In this document: piece after piece, positions 56,174 to 64,000 of the stretch
Layout of the letters: each line of letters begins with the position of its first letter
How positions within the stretch are numbered: the stretch's first letter is position 1
Source: Caecitellus pseudoparvulus
Taxonomy: Eukaryota; Protista; Bigyra: Bicosoecida
NCBI GenBank assembly: GCA_965644315.1
Contig: CBFFRQ010000018.1
Location: forward strand, 992,001 to 1,056,000
Direction of reading: 5' to 3'
Length of the DNA: 64,000 bases
The notes under the pieces: model-generated
Database searches by the model: none
Told to the model about the DNA's origin: nothing
The model's input: the letters and a program-made list of their open reading frames with translations, nothing else
Made by a program: the position numbers and the translations under genes

Positions 56174-57876
56174 TCACTGGATGATGTTCTTGTAGGTCGT
56201 TGGAGTGGGCTTCTTGAACTTGCCGGCGCGAGGCTTGCTCTCCGTGACTCTTGCCAGCTCCTGCATGCGGTGGGGCACGCCCTCCGCTTCGAGCTGCGCC
56301 ATCTTTTCGGCACGAGCTGCCTCCAACATGTGCCGGCGGCGGGCCTCTTGGCGGCGCACCGCTTCGCGTTCCTGGTACTTCATATCCCGCTCCGCCTGCC
56401 GTGCTGCCTCCTTGGCGGCGATTTGCATCTTGACGATTTCTTGGGTCTGCTGCTGTGCACGCCGGGCCGCGGCGCGCTCTGCGGCCTCCCGATCGGCCAC
56501 CTTGCGAGACTCCTCAGCTGCAAATGCCGCGGCGATGTCGTCCACAATGTGGCTTTCCCCTGCTTGCTGCTTCTTCAGCGCGATCTGCGCCTGGCGCTCC
56601 TCCAGCACCTCCCGCATGAGCGCATCACGGCGTGCTTGCTTGTCAGCGGCTTCACGACGCTGCCTCAGCAACTGCTGCTCCTGGTGTGCCAGTGCTCGGC
56701 GCTGGTCTTCTTCCGCACGGGTGTCCATGACCTTGGTCTGCTCCGCCAGCATGCGGGCCTGCAGCTGCTTCTTGAGTTTCTCCTTGCGGGCCTGCTCTGC
56801 CAGCCGGGCTTGCTCTCGCTTGTCTGCCTGCACCATCCACCGCCGGACATCTGCCTCCCGCTCCTTCTCCTCCTCTGCCCATCGAGCCTTCATGGCAATG
56901 CTGCGGGAGTTCACGACGTCCAGCTCACCACGAAGAGCCCGCGCGCGTTGAGCTGCTGCTTGCGCAGCCGCCACCTCCTCTGCCTCCAGCTGCGCAGCGT
57001 ACTGCTTCATGGCAACCCCCTCCAGCTCCACCTCCTCCGCCTCCAGCTGCCGCTTGAAGTCTCGCTCCTCCAGCTGTTGCTGCAGGGCTGCCCGGTACTC
57101 CGCCTTGGACCGGGCCGCCGCCTCCCGTGCTGCCAGGGTCTCCTCCCGCACCTTCACCAAGTCCGACTGCACGAGGGTGTTGTACCATGCCGCCTCCGCT
57201 GCCGCTTCTTGCTGTGCCATGGCCCGTTTGCGGGCAATCTGCTCCTCTTGCTCTTCTGCAGGGGGGGCAGGCAAGGCGGGAGGGGGGTGTCGAGGAGCAG
57301 GGCAGCTGGGCGAGCGCGAGGTAGGGACTCACTCAGGACGCGAGCACCGTTCATGCGGACATTGAGGTCCTTGATCTCGTCCAGGTCCTCTTGCCGCCGC
57401 TGGCGTGCGTACTTGAGGGCCGGCCGTGACTTTTCCTCCACCTTCAGGCGCATTTCCTCGTCCGTCTCCAGGAAGCCTCGCTCAGCCTCCAGGCGAGATG
57501 CCTCGGCTGCCAGGCGTGCGTGGCGTTGGCGGTCGAGGGTCTGCATGTGCTCCTTGCGCGCTTGCGCCGCCGGGTGCTTGGTTTGCCGCCGGCCGATGGT
57601 GTGTTTGACGGACTTCACTGAGGCATCCAGGGAGCGGGGCAGGGAGGAAGCCCCGCTCGTCTCGAACTTTGCCGAGTGCCCGCCCAGCACACGGCCTGCC
57701 TGGTGCATGGCTGCAGTAGGTTGAGAGGCCAGCTGCTTCATGCGGCCCAGCTGGGAGGTTGTGATGACCACAGCCTGAGACTGCTCGCCTCCAGCCCTGC
57801 CGCTGCCGCCTCCCCGCCTCGTGGTGGTGCCATGGGACAGAACAGCACGCCCAGCGGCACTAGTGGTGCTAGGCAT
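56174..57876 (-). CDS. CFAP45: Cilia/flagella-associated protein 45-like (TPH coiled coil); intron 57256-57332
   Basis: RKEHMQTLD, EDLDEIKDLNVRMNGARVL, long E/R/Q coiled coil, KMAQLEAEGVP. Confidence 0.75.
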
Positions 57877-58475
57877 GATGCTTGGGTGTGTGGTGATGCT
57901 CCTTCTGAGGCAAAGGCAGGAGGAATCGGGGTGAGGGCGAGGGGAGCACGCCGTCGCGCGCGACGGTGAAACCGAACTCCTCTTTCTCACACCCCAGTGA
58001 GGAGAAAGCCGGAACTTGTCCAAGGATTGAGCAAAGAAGCAAATGCTGCCCATGCTAGCCCAGACAGACGCCAACTTACCCGCTACAGCGTCAGGCAGGC
58101 GACGAGGCCTGCTGCCAGGCCGCGGCGACCTCTGCGGCGGCGGCGGACACAGCCAGGGAGACTTGCACCTCTCCAAGGGATGGCCGAGTGCCGAGAAAAG
58201 AATTTTCCATGAACACACAAAGGTCGGGCGTTTGGGAAGGTTTTGTTGTTTCCAGCGCCTCGCACAATGCCTGCGCTCGAGGCAGGCAGCTCGGCGCACA
58301 CACATCCATGCCCTTTTTGGCAAGCAGGCGCAACTTGCCCGCCGCCCACATGCACCCCTCCCCCAAAACACCACCCAGAATCATCACCCCGCGCCAGTCA
58401 ACGACGAGTGGCTCTCTCCACCCTGCCTTTCCCAGAAGGCAGCAGTCGCAGGGTCAGCTTCTCCGCCCGCTCACC

Positions 58476-59383
58476 ATGCCCATCATTTACAGCCTGGTGG
58501 CCCGCGGGAAGACCGTGCTGGCAGAGCAGCAAGCTCGCAGCGGGAACTTCCCCACCATCACACGCATGCTGCTGTCCCGCATTTCCGGGGACGACCAGCG
58601 CATGTCGTATGTGTATGACACGTGAGTGCCTGCGTTGTGCTTGCGTTTCACAGGCACTGCCGCAGGGCGTCGAGGAACGCACGCTGGCGCCTCCCATTCC
58701 CAGGCACGTCTTTCACTACCTCGTGGAGAACAACATCACATACCTCTGCCTCACGGATGAGAGCGAGAACCGCCGCATCGCCTTCGGGTACCTGGGGGAC
58801 ATGAAGGAGAGATTCCTGTCCACCTATGGCAGCAGGGCGCAAACCGCCATTGCCTTCGCCATGAACGGGGAGTTCGCCCCCGTCATGCAGGAGCGCATGG
58901 TGAGTGCCGTGTCAGCATGCCCAGCTTGCACTGTGCCTGACGTCGCGACTGGCGCGCGGCTCGTGGCAGGCTGTTGCGGCCAGGGCGCGCTGTTGGTCTG
59001 GCTCGGATCCTGGCACTGTCGCCGACACCTCCCCGCCATGTCGCCCACCACGCCGGCCTGCGCAGAACTTCTACAACACCAGCCCCGAAGCTGACAAGTT
59101 CGCCGCCGTCCGCAGCAAGATTGGCGACGTGAAGGACATCATGGTGCAGAACATCGAGAAGGTGCTGCAGCGAGGCGAGAAGATCGAGCTGCTGGTGGAC
59201 AAGTCTGACGCGCTGAACCGCAGCGCCGCCAAGTTTGAGAAGAGCTCCAACAAGCTGAAGAACCAGATGTGGTGGCGCAACGTCAAGATGTGGCTGCTCA
59301 TCGCCTTCATCGTCCTCGTGGTCATCTACATCATCATGTCCCTCATCTGCGGCTGGGACTTCAAGAAGTGCGGAGCCAAGTGA
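58476..59383 (+). CDS. VAMP7: Longin R-SNARE VAMP7; introns 58622-58703 and 58900-59066
   Basis: MPIIYSLVARGKTVLAE, RMSYVYD, MVQNIEKVLQRGEKIELLVDKS, MWWRNVK followed by a TM helix. Confidence 0.97.
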
Positions 59384-59409
59384 ATGCCCCCTGCCTCCGC
59401 AAGCCAGAC

Positions 59410-59417
59410 AATGCATT
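59410..59417. promoter_or_regulatory. Palindromic AATGCATT putative shared 3'-end signal (VAMP7/TSR3)
   Basis: Lies in the 41-nt convergent spacer. Confidence 0.55.
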
Positions 59418-59424
59418 CGCCCTG

Positions 59425-60627
59425 TTACTCCGCCGCCGCCTCCGCCTCCGCCGCTACACCTGGCTGAGCGTACTCCCCCCACACTGCCGCCTGGTCCAAG
59501 TTGCCTTCGGTGCCTTCCCCTGCTTGCGCGCTTTTCGGCCACGCTGCCAAGTCGCCCTCCTGCACGTCCATGGTCAGCTTGCCCCCTGCTGCGGCGGGGG
59601 GCGCTGGAGCTGAGCCCCCTCCGCCCAGCAAGCTGGCCACTGCACTGCTGGCATCTGTCGCCTCTGACTGCGCCGCTTCGTCGGCGTCTGGGCCCTCGAG
59701 GGCTCCATGGGTCGGCTCAGAGGGAGCTGCTGCGCCACCGCCACTGCCAGCTGCCGCGGCAGCCACTGCACCTGGCCCGCCCTCGTCGTCCGAGCCAGAG
59801 TCAGAAGGAAGGTGCCCACGCATGTCGTAGCCACCCACGTTGCCCGTCACGGCGACCTCTGCCTTGCGAGAGGCCTTCTCTGCAGCCTCGCTGGCGAGCT
59901 GCTGCAAGTAGGTGGCCTGCGCTGCGACGACCCCTGCACCATCTTCAGCGGCGGCGTAGCCCTCCAGCACCTCCGCGTTCAGGCGAAGGAATTCACTGCC
60001 CCAGGAAAACTCATCCATCAGCTCACCTGCCGCTTCCTTGTACCCGGCGATGTACAACGCGCCAGACAGTGCCTCAGCGCAACTGAGCTTCAGGGGCTTG
60101 CCGTAGTTGACACTGTTTGCGGCCACCATGTACGGCAGCAGGCGGGCTTGTCCCTTCAATTTCTTGAATGGAATGCTGTCCACCTTTGCCCAAGAGCAGT
60201 CAATCACAGAGATGCCGTGCTCCTCAATGGTAGCCTGCACCAGAACAGGGCCGGGCCAGCTGCACGAAACGCTGCCATGAAACGCGAGACGACAGCGCAC
60301 GCACCCTGTCGGCAGCGGACACAGAGCTTGTGCCTGCAGGGGACAGCACGATGCCCCGAAAAGTTTCCCCGGGTTTCAACGTCTTCAAGAACCCTGCGAG
60401 CCCAGGGCAGTGCGGGCACCGTGAGGTGGGAATTGAGAGCCTGGCGCACGCCGTGACGCACCTTGGCGGTGCAGCTTGCGCCCTGTGCAGCGCTTTGCAT
60501 CACACTGCTCAAAATCCCACATGTGCAGCTTGATGTCCCCCGTCACGCTTCGTGCGGGCTCGTTCTTCCCTCGCCCGCCGTGGGGCATGCGCATGCGCCT
60601 GGCATGCTTGGAGTTGTGCTTGGGCAT
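59425..60627 (-). CDS. TSR3: 18S rRNA aminocarboxypropyltransferase, 2 introns
   Basis: [59 protein letters not shown]. Confidence 0.97.
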
Positions 60628-60642
60628 GGCGTGAGCAAGGCG

Positions 60643-61214
60643 TTATGCTGGCAGCGCCCACACGACAGTGAGTGCAACGATGAGCCACAAGGCGTTGAAC
60701 TGCACCGGTGGCGGAAAGAGAGGGGCGTGTCGTTCAAATTGGGGAGCGGCAGGTATTGCTGCGAAGCGCAGTCGAGCCCGCTCACCACGCTCCAAACTCC
60801 GGCCCAGCACAAGAAGGCCTGCTTTTGCGTCTTGTGACGGAATGTCAGCATGGCAATCCACCCTCCGATCATGCCTGCATTGGGTGCAGGGCCCGCGCTG
60901 GTGCTGAAGGGACCGGCTGCTGGCGTTTCGCTGGCGTTCCATGCCTCCTTCTCACCTCCAAGGCCCACAGTCCACAGCAAGTCCGCTTCAGGGGTGCGGC
61001 GGGACACGCCATCCCTGGAAAAGTGCTTGTCCAGCGCAAACGCAGCAAAGCTCAAAATGTTGGCAGCTGCCGCGTACACCCACAAGGCAGCGATGCCTTC
61101 GCTGCGCCCGACTGCATAACGGGCGACGAGCACAGTCACCACAGCCACGCCGAACAGCCCCAGGGCAAGTGTGGCCACACTGTGCCGAGCAGGCCAAGAG
61201 CCTTTGCTGCACAT
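60643..61214 (-). CDS. DUF1294 (YsdA-like) small membrane protein, 2 introns
   Basis: NILSFAAFALDK..RTPEADL..GG|MIGGWIAMLTFRHKTQKQAF; the last exon FNALWLIVALTVVWALPA* joins in phase 0. Confidence 0.88.
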
Positions 61215-61304
61215 GGCGCGCAAGAATTGGCGCGGGCTGTCGCACGGCAGGACATCACGGAGTGTGACCTTGAATTTGGCTGGAATCGCAGCATCTGGCC
61301 AGCT

Positions 61305-62644
61305 CTACCCCTCATCCCCCGGGTCCTTTCCTTCTGACCCGGCATCCTCGCTGTCCCCTGCAGTGACGCCAGGCGCCAAGGCAGCATGCTCATCCTCCGT
61401 CGCCTCGGTGCCCACTGGCGAGGGGTCAGCACGCTGCGAGTGCAAGGGGGAGCGCAGGCTGGCAGCAGCCTGGTCAGTGCTTCGGCCCGTCCCCCCCCCC
61501 TGCATGACGGCAGAGGAGACGGAGTGCCCGGAGTCCGCGCCCTGCTCAGGCGATTGAGTCGCTGCTGCCGGTCGGAGCCGGTCCAGCTCCGCCCTGGAGG
61601 TGAGGGCCACCCCCTTCTTCTTCCAGTGCTCCACCAGCGGGCGGTCCTGAGGCGCACCAGGCTTGTACTCGATGATACCGCCGTCACTCGCTGCCCGGAC
61701 GGGCCCGATGCGTTTACTGGTCCCTGTGGTCAGGGTGTCCTCCCCAGCGGCAGCTTCCTCTCCCGCCTCCGCTTCGTCCAGGAGGGCTTGTGCTGCTTCC
61801 ATGACACGTGCCTGGCCTGGGTGGATGTGGCACAGGGGCCTGGACTGTTGAATCAGCCCAAACGCGGCCTTCCAGTCCCGTGCCATGCCCCGACACACCA
61901 TGACAAACGCAGCAAGGCACGCGCTGCGGCCGTGCCCGTTTGCACAGTGGATGTACATGCCACCGCTCCAAGTGGACAGCTGCACAGACGAGCGGAGGGG
62001 AGAGTGGAGGCGTCAATCCCAGGCCTCACTGAGCCATCGGGGTGGTACTCACAATGTGCCCATACTGCACCAGTTCTTCTGCGCTCAGCACGGTGCAGTC
62101 TAGCACTGGCAAGTTGGTGTACCTGCGTCACACGGGCGGGGGTGTGCTGCGGAAATCGAACCGAGCCTGCGCCCCTGCACACTTACGACCGTCCCTGCCG
62201 AACAGCGGAGGAGGACGAGAACTCGCAAGTGAGGTCCACGACATGCTTGACCTGCTTAGGAAACTCAGTCGCGTAGTCTATCGGGTACCGCCCCACATAG
62301 ATGCCGTCTGCCACTTCTTCATACGGGTTCTCAAGCCGATCCAGCACCAGGCGGTGTCGCAGGTACCAAACCGTCCACATCGGAAGCAAGAAGGGCGCCA
62401 TGAAAATGCGCAGGGCCCACGGCACCTGCCCAGTGTTGGGATCCTTGCAGAAGAAGCTGTGGGGGTTGCTGCTCCAGGGCAGGAAGTACAGCACGGCGAT
62501 GATGGCATACACAATGCCAGGCCACAGTGCCGCACACCACACGAAGGGCAGTGGCGTGAGGGCCAGCACTGGCATGGCCACACCAGCCCCGAGGAAGGCC
62601 AGAGCCAGAAAAGTGAACACGATGCGGTACGTCGTCACACCCAT
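61305..62644 (-). CDS. Membrane-anchored dual-specificity phosphatase (YnbD C-terminal-like), 2 introns
   Basis: N-terminal TMs, EVADGIYVGRYP, VDLTCEF, LPVLDC, catalytic IHCANGHGRS (HCx5R). Confidence 0.9.
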
Positions 62645-62867
62645 GCTGGTTGGAAGGTGCGCTCGGATGCAGGGCCTGGAGCTGACGGGGTTTCCTGTCG
62701 CCTGACCACGCCAACGGTGCTCTGCCAGGAACTCTCCTGGCCCGAGCAGTCTACGAAAGGAATGCCCCAGCCAAGACTGGCACCCGAGCGTAAACTGCAG
62801 GGGCCATCAGCGGCAGAGGCTGGTGCGTTGAATGTGGCGTTGGGGTGCATTTGTACAGGCAGCTTGC

Positions 62868-64000
62868 CTACATGTCCAAGTCGTCAAAGTCGTCCTCCTC
62901 GTCATCGGACAAGTCCGCGCCCGGCGCAATGACGAACATGCCAGGGCGCTGCGCCTTGGCCTTGGGCGGTGCCTGTTCTTCCCCTTCGCGGCTTCGCTTG
63001 GACCCGCCCACTGCAGCAGCAGCGGAAGCCTCCTCCTCCTCCTCCTGCGCCTCGCCGTCTGCGGCGTCCTCGCCCATGGTGACGACCATGGACTTGAGCT
63101 CCTCCCCGGCAGCTGACGGCGCCTCTGGCTTCTCGGGCGGGCGCACGTAGAACGGCAGCTTGCCCCTCTGGAAGTCGTTGATGAGGTTGCGCGCGGTGAT
63201 GGTGGTGTCGGGGTCGCCACCCTTGCGCAGCTTGCCCAGCCGCTTCCCCACCGCCTCCAGGAACCCCATGTGGTCCACGTGGGTGATGCGCCCGCCCACA
63301 GGCAAGTAGTGGCTGCCGTCAAACGTCTCCCCTGGCTCCAGGCGCAGCTGCCACCTGCCAGTGTACCCCCCCGCTGACTCGGGCCCCTGGCTGTGCTGCA
63401 GTGCCCGCCCCGCACCCTTGGGCTGTGTCATGCTGGCAGCGACAGGGACGCCCTCGGGACCAGAGGGCAGCACGGGCGCCGTGGCATCTGTGCCGGCACT
63501 GGGCGTGCCACTGGGCAGCTCGGCGCCTTCATAGGCGCTGGCTGCCTCGGGGTGGTCGGCGAGCAGGGCCGCCAGGGCACGCTGGGATGCCGTGGGGCCA
63601 CTGGGCGCGCCGGAGGCAGCCTTGTCCCCAGGTCCAGCAGCAGCATCATCACTGCCACTGCCCTCCCCACCCTCCGCACTGTCCTCCCCGTCCTCTGGCG
63701 CGAAGGTGAAGTACTTGGCGGCGTTCACGCCGTACGTGCGGGAGAGGAACTCGGGGCGTACCCGGCGCATGAGCTCCGGGATGTGGTCTTCCGGCGCATC
63801 CAGGCGCTCGGAGCGGATGACACCCTTCAGCACGATGTCCGCCTCGCTGTCCCCTGACGGGATGACGACACCGGGGCAGTCGATGAGGAAGACACGGCGC
63901 ATGAGGGTGATGTACTGCCACACCTTGGTCTCGCCAGGCACCGGCGCCACCTTGCACACCTTCTTGCCCTTGACGGCGTTGATGACGCTGCTCTTGCCGA
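62868..64000 (-). CDS. GNL2: Nucleolar GTP-binding protein 2 (NOG2), 3' part
   Basis: [59 protein letters not shown]. Confidence 0.96.
   Translation of the reverse strand, partial: GKSSVINAVKGKKVCKVAPVPGETKVWQYITLMRRVFLIDCPGVVIPSGDSEADIVLKGVIRSERLDAPEDHIPELMRRVRPEFLSRTYGVNAAKYFTFAPEDGEDSAEGGEGSGSDDAAAGPGDKAASGAPSGPTASQRALAALLADHPEAASAYEGAELPSGTPSAGTDATAPVLPSGPEGVPVAASMTQPKGAGRALQHSQGPESAGGYTGRWQLRLEPGETFDGSHYLPVGGRITHVDHMGFLEAVGKRLGKLRKGGDPDTTITARNLINDFQRGKLPFYVRPPEKPEAPSAAGEELKSMVVTMGEDAADGEAQEEEEEASAAAAVGGSKRSREGEEQAPPKAKAQRPGMFVIAPGADLSDDEEDDFDDLDM

Noticed and set aside
56048-57724. 558-aa plus-strand Leu-rich ORF
   Set aside because: Antisense shadow of the E/Q/K-rich CFAP45 coiled coil.
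1-64000. Endogenous virophage, giant-virus insert or retrotransposon
   Set aside because: No AT-rich island, terminal repeats, or capsid, integrase, reverse transcriptase or transposase motifs were recognised.

Overview
Gene-dense (~27 genes in 64 kb), GC-rich eukaryotic nuclear DNA with short GT-AG introns (~65-170 nt), mostly near the 5' ends of genes. Axonemal genes (CFAP45-like, a FAM183-like protein) imply a flagellated protist. A bicosoecid-like stramenopile is my guess, but it cannot be shown from this window. Housekeeping genes: VPS53 (partial), SAH hydrolase, MUS81, UBX protein, LYR protein, TPR protein, L-LDH, SDR, OSCA/TMEM63-like channel, PGS1, VAMP7, TSR3, DUF1294, dual-specificity phosphatase, NOG2 (partial), and two identical tRNA-Gly(GCC) genes. 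Larger unusual genes: an FG-GAP/mucin/Cys-rich multi-pass receptor, a HERC2-repeat/SPRY/kinase, an ankyrin protein, a GKRP/MurQ-like double-SIS protein, and a pseudokinase with MLKL-like motifs and a CaaX box. Best leads: (1) an AATGCA hexamer lies within ~30 nt of the stop codon of 13 of 26 genes and occurs as a shared palindrome AATGCATT between three convergent pairs, a candidate undescribed 3'-end/poly(A) signal; (2) the MLKL-like pseudokinase; (3) LDH bracketed by twin tRNA-Gly genes with an atypical A1:U72 pair, next to a possibly catalytic MurQ-like protein; (4) a 15-nt DUF1294-TSR3 spacer suggesting a bicistronic mRNA. No transposon, virus or CRISPR was seen. All homology calls are from motif recognition, not database searches.
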